Assembly (NCBI RefSeq): GCF_964355755.1
Contig: NC_092672.1
Span: 10,664,001-10,728,000 of the forward strand
DNA: 64,000 nucleotides
Direction of reading: 5' to 3'
Source of the DNA: Antedon mediterranea
Taxonomy: Eukaryota; Animalia; Echinodermata
Below the pieces are notes generated by a model. That model was not told the DNA's origin and searched no databases. It was given only the letters and a program-made list of their open reading frames with translations. A program made the position numbers and the translations under genes. Shown here piece by piece: positions 11,620 through 24,194 of the stretch (its first letter is position 1; each line of letters opens with the position of its first letter).

Positions 11620-13010
11620 GGTACAATCAAATTAAACATCCAAAAATGAATATAAATATTGATCATATCGTTAATGAAGCACATCATTATTGTTTTTTAT
11701 ACAATTTAGTTAACTTCAACACCCTAAACCACCCAAAAAGTGAATATAATAATGTATGTATAAATCATATTGTTAATAACGTACAGCATTATTGGTTTCT
11801 TTTTTCTTAAAAATAAACAACCGTAGAGGTCCTAAACCATCCAAAAAAGGTGTATAATACAGTAGTGTATATAGATACTACAGTAAATAAAGTACCTTCA
11901 AAGCTCAGGTACAGGCATGAATTTTAAATAATAATATCTGGTTAATTGTACATAAATCAAATATTTGTAACAGAAATCATAACGAAAAAACATGAATTTC
12001 TCTTAATAGGCCTATAGTCAAATAAAAAATTTGGCAAAATTCTGCAATTAAAACCAGGAAGACTTTTTTTTCGTTTTTTTAGTTTAACCTAATGTAATTA
12101 ACATGTCTAGTGACTCCCTAGAAGGTGAAAAAAGATTGTGGATATACGGTGGATAATTTTTGCTATAGTATGAAAATAAAAATCTGAAGTTGAATAAAAC
12201 TACCAGAAATGTAAAATTTTAGTTATATTTCCTATATTTAGTCATCTGATAAAATTTTTTATCACACCGTTTATTTTTCATAGCTTTTTATAATGCCTCT
12301 CTATTTACAAAATCTGTGTACAAAACAATAGAGATTTTACTGTGTAATTTGAACTAACCCCCCACTGATAAGAAAGTGCATATTTTCAACAAGCTTGTGA
12401 AAACACAAATAAAATCCCAAAAATTATGAAACATAGGGGAAACTAAAGATCGATAATTATTGGAATGTATGATGAATAGAAATTGTTTGCCCGCACCTGG
12501 CCTTTAAGTCCAAAAGTGTGAACAGTGTAACAATCATATTGTTGATAAGGTACAACCATATTGTTTTTTACAATTAAAACCCATCCAAAAGCGTGAAAAT
12601 AATAGTGTATAATCATGTTAATAAAGAACAGCAGGTGTTTTTTAACCATAGAACACCGAAAACATTCTTAACCATCTAAAATAAAAATGTAGGTGTATAT
12701 AGATCATTTTGTTAATACAGTGCAACATTATAGTACTTTTTAAAAAATAATAATTATTCAAATCCATCTAAACAAGGCCATATACATGGACGCAGTCGCG
12801 TGCTCAAGTTAGTGTTTACCGACCAACAGACTGACTGACCGACCAACCGACCGACATAGTGAGCTGTAGAGTGCATAATAATCTTAAAGTGTGAAGTGTA
12901 TAAATCATATTGTTGATAAAATGGTACAATCATATATTGTTTTTTACAATTAAAAAAAAAACATCCAAAATAATGAATATTGTTAAAAATATAGATAAAT
13001 TCAATATATA
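11620..13010 (+). repeat. Degenerate ~85-100 bp tandem repeat
   Basis: Recurring AAAC(C)ATCCAAAA...ATCATATTGTT(A/G)ATAA motifs at ~11633, 11725, 11835, 12577, 12670, 12960. The stretch ~11900-12480 interrupts the array. Confidence 0.6.
12772..12873 (-). mobile_element. HINE/DINE-1-like element, inverted partial copy
   Basis: Reverse complement of the 11411-11550 and 23982-24103 family. Confidence 0.7.
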
Positions 13011-13610
13011 ACAGAGCCAAAGTTGTTTTTAAATACGTCTTTATTTCATGTACTGTTGTTCGGAATGCAAGTCTCCAAGTTGGTAAGGTTAAATGTTATA
13101 ACTGACTATAAGTATAAGTAATATGATCTTTGATAAGATGCCAACATCACAATTACGATTAATTCTCAAACCAACATTTACAAAATTACGTCATTGGTCA
13201 CCAAAAAGATGCCACGGAAATTTAGAACGTCCTAGTGTAGTGTAGTATTCAAATGAACATCTACCCAATTTATAGCCTAGATTTGAAGAATTACAAAAGT
13301 AATTAGGCCTACTTAATTAAAGATTTGTTAAAAAAAAGTAATTCAGATACAGTAACAAGTATATGTCTACTTAAATTGTTGAATAAAGGTAATAGTTTCC
13401 GTAATATTAGATGGAAGGAACGCGGAAGAAGAGTTGACATGTATGTTTTACCCAATAAGCAAGCTACAAAAATATAACCCGCCCACATTGTACACATTAG
13501 AAAGATTGAATTACTTATTCAAGAGTTAGTTGCTTTTGACATAGTGAAGAACACATTACTGTAAGTGTATTTTGTGAATTAGTCAACAATCCTCCTCAAA
13601 GATGATTCCA

Positions 13611-15481
13611 ATGCGAAAGCCTGTTTACCTTATGTTATATGCCATAATTCTGCAAAACACATTTGCATGTATTGTAAATCCGCGGTATCCTGATCCAACC
13701 ATTAGACCGACAGACCCGGTTCCAACAACCGGTAAGATTTTTGTTTTTAACTTTCTAGATGATATTTGTTAAAATGTTTGAATCATTATAAAAATTTGTA
13801 ATTATGTGTAAAATTGATCATGTGATTTGTCTGAATCAAAATGTCCTTTCCTTTTATTATTACAGTATTTAAATAACACTGTTTAAATCATTGATCAAAA
13901 AATGATAGGAATGAATATTTAAATTTGAAATGTTAGCCACAAAAAAATAATGTACGTGTCTCAATATCAAGTGTTTTAAAACCAATTTACAGCAGCACAA
14001 GTTCAAAAGACCTTGAATTTTCGACACGGTTACGTGTCTTCATCAGGAAGACTCCTATGTGTTATGTAAGTTTGTTTAAAAAACACATTATATTTACATA
14101 CCATGAGCACGTATGCATTTTCGTTATTAGTATATCAATATCTGTATTGGCATATACTATGTTGATATAAAATTTAGCTAATCAATCACCATGAAAACAT
14201 GATTTCTTGAACATTATGTTATAATGAGAGAAAGAAAATGTAAGCAGGATTAAATAACAATACTGTTATAATAATAGCTACTGTATTAATAATTTATATA
14301 ATTTACGGTAACTGATTTAAATTATCCTATAAATTAACTATCTTTAATGTTCTACTTAACTTATTCCTGTTTGCTTTACCCAAGCAAAGTTAGTACATAT
14401 AGTTACATTTATTTTTGTATAATTAATTATAAGGTATAGATGATTGAACAACAAGCTTGATAATTTCAGAACAATTAATTCATGCAATTAATAAATATCA
14501 AGTCAAGTTTCAGAAATTTAAACAATAAAGAAATGTAGGCTCGAAAGTATGAGGAAGTAAAAATAATTATTAGAAAACATGTTAAAATTGGATACAGCAC
14601 TTTAAAGTGCAATAAAATACTTTTAAAAACACTAAATTTGAAAAAAAAAGAAGCTTTTTGCATCAATCATCTTCTTGACAATGTTTTCAATGAATTAAGC
14701 ATGTCCTTTTCGTTCCATGCCTGGTCATTTTTTTATTTTCCATCACGTTTTCAGTTGCAGAAACCGGCGGCGTTCCAGATAACTGTATGAAGTGTATTTG
14801 CCAAGTCGAGTCGAACTGTGCGATTCCCAATCCAGTTTGCAAGGATGACGTCGGCTCGTTGTCTTGTGGCCCTTACCAAATTAAAGAAGCTTATTATCAA
14901 GATGCTCAGCGGGAAGGAGATAACCTAGGCACAGGTAGGCCTAAGTGAAATTTTAATAATACAATTGTATGTCATCTCAAATTTGTGTGCCTAATTATAA
15001 TACTCAAGGGCGCATCATTTTTTTTATATATGAACCTATGTTTATTCTAATTGAAGAGACGTTTAATTTTGTCCATATATCCCACGTAAATGAGCTGTCA
15101 TATTTTTTTAACCGAGTATTATGACGGCTTTTACATTAAAATTATATTAAAAAGCATGTTTACAAACCGATTCACAATTTAAATGGATATTCGTTCTTGG
15201 ATCACACGATTTATTTATAATGCAAAAAGTAAAAAAAAAATCGGATGAAATAATTTTCTTTTCTTTTTTTCTTTTTAGACTGGAAAAGCTGCACAAAGAC
15301 GTTTGAATGTAGTGAGCGATGCGTTCAAGGGTACATGGCTCGTTATGCAATTGAACGCCGTATTGGTCACGATCCTACATGCGAGGACTTTGCACGTATC
15401 CACAACGGAGGCCCTAACGGATATAATAAAGAAAGCACTAAAGGATACTGGAAGAAAGTCAATAAATGTCTTAATAATTAA
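13611..15481 (+). CDS. Invertebrate-type (i-type, destabilase family) lysozyme, 3 exons, ~167 aa
   Basis: Exon 13611-13731: signal peptide MRKPVYLMLYAIILQNTFA plus a Pro/Thr-rich stretch (alternative ATG at 13602). Exon 14755-14934: CMKCICQVESNC...CKDDVGSLSCGPYQIKEAYYQDA. Exon 15279-15481: WKSC...CSERCVQGYMARY...CEDFARIHNGGPNG...YWKKVNKCL. Phases are 1/1 and GT-AG sites are intact. Confidence 0.95.
14008..14053 (-). ncRNA. Minimal type I hammerhead ribozyme-like motif (Penelope type) in lysozyme intron 1
   Basis: Minus strand: GTCTTC CTGATGA A GACAC GTAACC GTGTC GAAA AT TC AAGGTC. The core is intact, stem II is 5 bp, stem III is the palindromic AATT, and stem I is imperfect. Confidence 0.55.
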
Positions 15482-15739
15482 CTCCAAGAAGGTCAAATCG
15501 TACATGAATGATTTTAATGGAATCTAGCCACACATCAGTTAGGCCTAGGCCTATCCATTAAAAAACGATCGCGCGTAGGCCTATGTCAATTTTGTTTAAT
15601 ATATATTAAAGCAAATATATAAAATAGTTTCTAGGAAATCCGGGGTTTAAAATGTCTTGCACATTTTTTTTCTTTTTAATTTTTGAAAGCAACAGAAGTG
15701 TTGTTAATGTTATTGAATAAAGATAACAAAGCAGGCTCG

Positions 15740-15990
15740 TCTGCTCAGTTTATATACAATGTAAGGGCATATAGCGACCTGCAAGTAATTTTGCAAATCA
15801 CGATTAGTCAACTCATTATTGCTTTGCGTCCAAGTGAATTTTAACCAAGCTTTAATTGCAAGTTATGTTTCATCAGATAAACATTAATTTTAATTAATTG
15901 TTAGTAAAGTGAATAAAATCTAATAAAGCAATACAGTTTTGTTTAAATAAATGTGTTGCATGTTAATTGCACCCTTCTTCAGCCAAACAC
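15740..15990 (+). repeat. Lysozyme 3' flank, duplicated at window positions 1-200
   Basis: CGATTAGTCAACTCATT...GCGTCCAAGTGAATTTTAACCAAGCTTT...TGCATGTTAATTGCACCCTT occurs in both places. Confidence 0.85.
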
Positions 15991-17529
15991 ATGACAATCT
16001 AAACTATGTATTGCTATATAAACGTGGGGAAAGGATTGGTTTTGGAATTTTGGAAACACCTAGAATATTGGATCAAAACAAAAATTATTAACCTGAAAAA
16101 AATGTAATTTGATGTAAAAAAATAGTCACATAAATGATAAAAGGGGTATACAGACGTACACAACTGCAGCAAGTCAATCGAATCGGTGGTAATCGGTAAG
16201 AAGTTCTTTAAAAAGCAGTGTATCTGATCTGATTTATTAACCTTATTTATGTAAATACACAAGATTCACAAAATACAGAACAATAAGCTTACAGTAAAAG
16301 TAAGTCACGCATTTAAGATGTTTTTGAGATCGCATCAGACAAGGACTTCAACAGTACTTATATAGGATCATTGCATGCAGAGAGGCGCATTCGGCTTTAC
16401 CACCTGGGAAAGGGACATCATAGGCCTACGTCTCTTCTAGAAACATTATTCAGAAAGTATGATAAAGAATTGTGGACTATTACAAAGCAGTTGACCAAGT
16501 GGGAATATCCTTTGTGACCTAGGGACTCCTCTCCATTGGTTGATTAAAACCAATGTCAGAGACAGTGATCATAGTGGTAGATGAGAAGAGACTGAATGCA
16601 TTTCACTTTGAGGTGTGGGACAAGATTGGTTGTTCATGCCCCTTCTATTTAATGCAATATGAGAATAGGAGAGAAGATAATGAAGGAGTTGGAGAAAACC
16701 CTCAAGGAAGAACAAGCTGTTTAAAATCTTTATGCGAACACGTATACAAATAATCCAGTGTGACTGAACACCTTAGAAAATCAAGACTAGAAAAGCTCAA
16801 AGACATAACATATACTGTTCATGGTAATGACAATGTTAGGATCGATTGAACTAAGTGATCTTCTTAAATCACCACCAGAAGCTGCTGTAATGACATCAAA
16901 TGTTTTATAACATTTTCAATAAAAACATTATTTATTGGGAGAGTTGTTCTTTATTGTTTAAAAATAGGCGGCGCTGTTGGATTTCACGTTCAGAATCATA
17001 GCTCTAGTAATGGCCTGAAATGTTTTTTTTTTCGTACGCGAGAAGAATTTTTTTTTGTACACGAAAATTAAGGTACTATACAGATCGCTAAATAGTGCGT
17101 ACTATTGCACGCCATGTGACCCACAATCGTCCAATCAAATGACAGGAATTATTTAGGTGTTGTAATAATATTAATGATATAACACACACACACTTGTCTA
17201 ATTTATGGTCATTTTGAAAAAAAACTTTAAAAATGTATATTTTGTTGTCTTAGTTAATTAAAAGGCCCCAAAATATGTACGTCTAAATAGCCTAAATATT
17301 GTTGGTATTATTTTAAAGTTGTTTTTACCAAAAATTGATGTTCTAACATGACTGTTGTCAAAAACAATGTTTCAAGTGGGCCAATCAATATTTTAAAAAA
17401 AAGTTAAGTAAAGGGATCATCTCAAAAGAGTAGATCAATACATTGAAATAATAATACCAAATTGTTCTTTTCTTATACTAATTTCATTTATGACTCAAAG
17501 TGGTTGACTGTTCTATTGAACATGGTATC

Positions 17530-17578
17530 TGTAGAGTCAGAGCTATATAATATAAATAATAATGGCTCTGTGTAGAGT
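17530..17578. mobile_element. 33-bp inverted-end remnant flanked by an 8-bp direct repeat (P-superfamily-like footprint)
   Basis: TGTAGAGT | CAGAGCTAT...ATGGCTCTG | TGTAGAGT. Confidence 0.6.
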
Positions 17579-18899
17579 CAGATAAAAAAGAGTTTCGACA
17601 ATGCGTTCACAGATTTTAGAAAGTCACGTGGTGTGCACACCGGCCATTTTTGTGTCCAAAACTATGCTTATGTAGTAGAGTATGGAGTCGAGTCATTTTT
17701 AATATGGCTCTGTTGTCTAGAGTCAGAGCCATATATGAAGAGTAAATACGACATTGGATTATAGTCACGTGATATGCAGATCAAAATGTGTCAAACGTGT
17801 CTGCATTAATGCATGTAAAGTATAGGAGCAACAAAATACTTTCAACTTTTTCTTATATTTAAAAAAATGTAATTGCACATTTTACGATGAAATATCGATG
17901 TGCACAGCGTACCGAAGTACTTGCGGCAAAGAATATTGCGTGCGCGTGTGCTAGTACATTATAAAGTTCGATTGATTGGTTTTGGAACGAAACATCCCAT
18001 AACTACGTCATATTAATAACAATTATGTAATATTTTCAATTCATAATGCATGCTTTGATGACTAAATAAAATAATAAAGTTTTGTGGATATTTTGTTAAT
18101 ATACTGAAAGGGGTATGAACAATATTTAAAATAATAATGGCAAATTATTACAAATGAACGAGTCTCTGAATTTTAATAACGCTGGCGGCGCAGTTTGTTC
18201 AAAAACACACAGAGCCATATACTGCATAAAAAGAGGGGTGAATTTGTGTGTTTTTTGTATTGGTTCATGCTTTGATGTATCCTAACTTCCATAGGCCCTA
18301 GCATTTATTTTTTTGTTGTTATAAAAAAAATATATATATGTTACCATTATCAATATCAATACCATTAATAAAATTAATTACTAAATAAAAACGGAATCTA
18401 AGCGTTATTTCGTTCATAGACAACAAAATCTAAAAATAATGCATGAACTATAGGAAAACGCTGTACAAAAGAGACACGCGCGCCCTCAGCGTGCAAATTC
18501 TTTGACACAAAAATGGCTTCCAATCTTCAATGTCGTAACTCTTTATATTACCTCTTTTTATGCATATATAACAGGTATATAAAATATACCAAATTGGCTA
18601 GTTGAGAATTCTCAACTATTACCGCAGTACGCCTGTAACGACGAAGCCTACCGGTATAATGGGATAGGCTGATTTCCTTGTTAACTTAAGGGGTCATTTA
18701 ATTACTGAATTATGATTGGTAGTAAAGGAAATTTACTGGAATCCTATTGGATGGAGGTGGTAGTAGGACCATGTCCATCCCATTGCAGTAATAAAGTTGA
18801 GCCACCTGCGACCATTACAATGTCCTACCATGCTAATGTAGGAGTGGGGAAATGTTATGCTTACTACTGTTTCTTTTAATAATTTAGTACAATTAATAA

Positions 18900-21800
18900 G
18901 AATAAAGAATACACTTAACAATATACAACAAATAACATTAATGTACGATGTAGTTTAACACTGTTCTCAACTAAAGTCATTTTGGTATACTTGAGCACAT
19001 TGATAAAGAATAGGATAAACTTAACAATATACAACAAATAACATTAATGTACGATCCCGTTTAACACTGTTCTCAACTATAGTCATTTTGGTATACTTGA
19101 GCACGGTGATAAAGAATAGGATAAACTTAACAATATACAACAACAATGTACGATCCCGTTTAACACTGTTCTCAACTATAGTCATTTTGGTATACTTGAG
19201 CACAGTGATAGAATAGGATAAACTTAACAATATACAACAAAAAACATTAATGTACGATCCAGTTTAACACTGTTCTCAACTATAGTCATTTTGGTATACT
19301 TGAGAACAGTTATAAAGAATAGGATAAACTTAACAATATACAACAAAAAACATTAATGTACGATCCCGTTTAACACTGTTCTCAACTATAGTCATTTTGG
19401 TATACTTGAGCACAGTGATAAAGAATAGGATAAACTTAGCAATATACAACAAAAAACATTAATGTACGATCCAGTTTAACACTGTTCTCAACTATAGTCA
19501 TTTTGGTATACTTGAGAACAGTTATAAAGAATAGGATAAACTTAACAATATACAACAAAAAACATTAATGTACGATCCCGTTTAACACTGTTCTCAACTA
19601 TAGTCATTTTGGTATACTTGAGCACAGTGATAAAGAATAGGATAAACTTAGCAATATACAACAAAAAACATTAATGTACGATCCAGTTTAACACTGTTCT
19701 CAACTATAGTCATTTTGGTATACTTGAGAACAGTGATAAAGAATAGGATAAACTTAACAATATACTACAAAAAACATTAATGTACGATCCCGTTTAACAC
19801 TGTTCTCAACTATAGTCATTTTGGTATACTTGAGCACAGTGATAAAGAATAGGATAAACTTAATAATATACAACAAATAACATTAATGTACGATCCAGTT
19901 TACCACTGTTCTCAACTATAGTCATTTTGGTATACTTGAGGACAGTGATAAAGAATAGGATAAACTTAAAAATATACAACAAAAACCATTAATGTACGAT
20001 CCAGTTTAACACTGTTCTCGACTATAGTCATTTTGGTATACTTGAGCACAGTGATAAAGAATAGGATAAACTTAAAAATATACAACAAAAAACATTAATG
20101 TACGATCCAGTTTAACACTGTTCTCAACTATAGTCATTTTGGTATACTTGAGCACAGTGATAAAGAATAGGATAAACTTAACAATATACAACAAAAAACA
20201 TTATTGTACGATCCAGTTTAACTCTGTTCTCAACTATAGTCATTTTGGTATACTTGAGAACAGTGATAAAGAATAGGATAAACTTAACAATATACAACAA
20301 AAAACGTACATTAATGTACGATCCCGTTTAACACTGTTCTCGACTATAGTCATTTTGGTATACTTGAGCACAGTGATAAAGAATAGGATAAACTTAAAAA
20401 TATACAACAAAAAACATTAATGTACGATCCAGTTTAACACTGTTCTCAACTATAGTCATTTTGGTATACTTGAGCACAGTGATAAAGAATAGGATAAACT
20501 TAACAATATACAACAAAAAACATTAATGTACGATCCAGTTTAACACTGTTCTCAACTATAGTCATTTTGGTATACTTGAGAACAGTTATAAAGAATAGGA
20601 TAAACTTAACAATATACAACAAAAAACATTAATGTACGATCCCGTTTAACACTGTTCTCAACTATAGTCATTTTGGTATACTTGAGCACAGTGATAAAGA
20701 ATAGGATAAACTTAGCAATATACAACAAAAAACATTAATGTACGATCCAGTTTAACACTGTTCTCAACTATAGTCATTTTGGTATACTTGAGAACAGTTA
20801 TAAAGAATAGGATAAACTTAACAATATACAACAAAAAACATTAATGTACGATCCCGTTTAACACTGTTCTCAACTATAGTCATTTTGGTATACTTGAGCA
20901 CAGTGATAAAGAATAGGATAAACTTAGCAATATACAACAAAAAACATTAATGTACGATCCAGTTTACCACTGTTCTCAACTATAGTCATTTTGGTATACT
21001 TGAGCACAGTGATAAAGAATAGGATAAACTTAAAAATATACAACAAAAACCATTAATGTACGATCCAGTTTAACACTGTTCTCAACTATAGTTATTTTGG
21101 TATACTTGAGAACAGTGATAAAGAATAGGATAAACTTAACAATATACAACAAAAAACATTATTGTACGATCCAGTTTAACTCTGTTCTCAACTATAGTCA
21201 TTTTGGTATACTTGAGAACAGTGATAAAGAATAGGATAAACTTAACAATATACAACAAAAAACGTACATTAATGTACGATCCCGTTTAACACTGTTCTCG
21301 ACTATAGTCATTTTGGTATACTTGAGCACAGTGATAAAGAATAGGATAAACTTAAAAATATACAACAAAAAACATTAATGTACGAGCCAGTTTAACACTG
21401 TTCTCAACTATAGTCATTTTGGTATACTTGAGCACAGTGATAAAGAATAGGATAAACTTAACAATATACAACAAAAAACATTAATGTACGATCCAGTTTA
21501 ACACTGTTCTCAACTATAGTCATTTTGGTATACTTGAGAACAGTTATAAAGAATAAGATAAACTTAACAATATACAACAAAAAACATTAATGTACGATCC
21601 CGTTTAACACTGTTCTCAACTATAGTCATTTTGGTATACTTGAGCACAGTGATAAAGAATAGGATAAACTTAGCAATATACAACAAAAAACATTAATGTA
21701 CGATCCAGTTTAACACTGTTCTCAACTATAGTCATTTTGGTATACTTGAGAACAGTGATAAAGAATAGGATAAACTTAACAATATACTACAAAAAACATT

Positions 21801-22910
21801 AATGTACGATCCCGTTTAACACTGTTCTCAACTATAGTCATTTTGGTATACTTGAGCACAGTGATAAAGAATAGGATAAACTTAATAATATACAACAAAT
21901 AACATTAATGTACGATCCAGTTTACCACTGTTCTCAACTATAGTCATTTTGGTATACTTGAGCACAGTGATAAAGAATAGGATAAACTTAAAAATATACA
22001 ACAAAAAACATTAATGTACGATCCAGTTTAACACTGTTCTCAACTATAGTTATTTTGGTATACTTGAGAACAGTGATAAAGAATAGGATAAACTTAACAA
22101 TATACAACAAAAAACATTATTGTACGATCCAGTTTAACTCTGTTCTCAACTATAGTCATTTTGGTATACTTGAGAACAGTGATAAAGAATAGGATAAACT
22201 TAACAATATACAACAAAAAACGTACATTAATGTACGATCCCGTTTAACACTGTTCTCGACTATAGTCATTTTGGTATACTTGAGCACAGTGATAAAGAAT
22301 AGGATAAACTTAAAAATATACAACAAAAAACATTAATGTACGATCCAGTTTAACACTGTTCTCAACTATAGTTATTTTGGTATACTTGAGAACAGTGATA
22401 AAGAATAGGATAAACTTAACAATATACAACAAAAAACATTAATGTACGATCCAGTTTAACTCTGTTCTCAACTATAGTCATTTTGGTATACTTGAGAACA
22501 GTGATAAAGAATAGGATAAACTTAACAATATACAACAAAAAACGTACATTAATGTACGATCCCGTTTAACACTGTTCTCGACTATAGTCATTTTGGTATA
22601 CTTGAGCACAGTGATAAAGAATAGGATAAACTTAATAATATACAACAAATAACATTAATGTACGATCCAGTTTACCACTGTTCTCAACTATAGTCATTTT
22701 GGTATACTTGAGCACAGTGATAAAGAATAGGATAAACTTAATAATATACAACAAATAACATTAATGTACGATCCCGTTTACCACTGTTCTCAACTATAGT
22801 CATTTTGGTATACTTGAGCACAATATACAACAAATAACATTAATGTACACCATTCTGTTTAACACTGTTCTCAACTATAGTCATGTTCATATACTTGAGC
22901 ACAGTGATAA
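18900..22910 (+). repeat. 106-bp satellite array, ~37-38 copies
   Basis: Unit GTTTAACACTGTTCTCAACTATAGTCATTTTGGTATACTTGAGCACAGTGATAAAGAATAGGATAAACTTAACAATATACAACAAAAAACATTAATGTACGATCCA; consecutive starts at 19262 and 19368. Confidence 0.97.
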
Positions 22911-22914
22911 TATG

Positions 22915-23855
22915 AAAAACATAATAACACTATAATATTTGTAGATGAATGACGCGGACACGTACATATGTTCATAAGTAATTGATATAAATTGACTTTT
23001 ATAAGTGGAATTAACACAAATGATTGTAGATAAATATGACGTGAATTGCACGTACATAATGTTGATGAGTAGGCCTATATTGATATAATTGACTTCGAAT
23101 AGTGAAATAACACTGATTTGTAGATGAATATGACGTGGACAAGTACATTTATTGATGAGTATATTGATAAATCGACTTTTAAAAGTGAAATAACACTAAT
23201 ATTTATAGATGAATATGACGTGGACACGTACATATGTTGATGAGTATATTGATATAAATCGACTTTTAAAAGAGGAATTAACACTATTGATTGTTGACGT
23301 GAATTGCACGTACATAATGTTGATGAGTGTATTGATATAAATCGACTAAACGTTAAATAACACTATCTTGTACAAGTACCCTCACTTGCACTGATGAAGG
23401 GCTAGTGTTGCCCGAAAACTCTGCTAACTTTTCTGGCTGTTTTACTTTATCGTTTTGATTTAGCTTTTCGCTTCTTTTTTTGTATCTCCATTGAGACCAC
23501 AGCATTATTATTATTTCAGTATTTTGCCTTTGGATTTACTAATATTAAAAGTGAAATAACACTAATGACTGTAGATGATATGACATTTATGTTGATGTAT
23601 ATAGTTTTGTATATATAATATGCACACGTACATACGTTGATAGGTATTGATATAAATAGATTTTTAAAAGTACGGTAATAGACACTTTATTTGTAGATGA
23701 ATACGACATGGACAAGTTGCAATAAATTCTATCGTTATATCGTATGTTGATGAGTATTGATATAAATCGACTTTTTTAAAGTGGAATAACACTAAAATGT
23801 ATAGATGGATATGGCCTCAACAAGTATTGTATTAAGCGGTACTGTATATTGATAG
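22915..23855 (+). repeat. Degenerate ~85-bp tandem repeat in the central spacer
   Basis: GTAGATGAATATGACGTGGACACGTACATATGTTGATGAGTATATTGATATAAATCGACTTTT recurs, e.g. at 23121 and 23206; interrupted at 23365-23540. Confidence 0.85.
23385..23540 (+). mobile_element. Penelope-like pLTR fragment beginning with a minimal hammerhead ribozyme motif
   Basis: TTGCA CTGATGA A GGGC TAGTGTT GCCC GAAA AC TC TGC at 23386-23424; paralog at 529-690. Confidence 0.65.
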
Positions 23856-23981
23856 ACTTCATACCTGTAATGTCAATGAAATCTGTTTGTAAAGGAGGCA
23901 TGAAAAATCTAAACGCATAGCCAGGGGAGGGGTTGGAGTTTCGAACAAACTTCCCTGTGCCCGTCCTACGGTTTTTATGAA

Positions 23982-24103
23982 CTTTTTAGTAGCGTGCAAT
24001 TCAAACGCGACTCTACAGCTCACTATGTCGATCGGTCGGTCGGTAAACACCAACTCAAATTTGAGCACGCGACTGCAGCCATGTATAGGCCTATGGCCTG
24101 TTT
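23982..24103 (+). mobile_element. HINE/DINE-1-like element
   Basis: Same family as 11411-11550 (AGTAGCGTG...ACGCGACTCTA...(GGTC)n...GAGCACGCGACTGCAGCCATGTATA). Confidence 0.7.
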
Positions 24104-24194
24104 ATACTAGAAATCAGCAGTGAAAGTATATGTAAATAATATGTGTTAATATAGAATTAGTTTTTTAATTTTTTAATTTAATAAATAGTATTAA

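Noticed and set aside
16150-16760. Possible I-clade LINE C-terminal relic on the minus strand
   Set aside because: Only a vague Cys-motif resemblance; too degenerate to support by eye.
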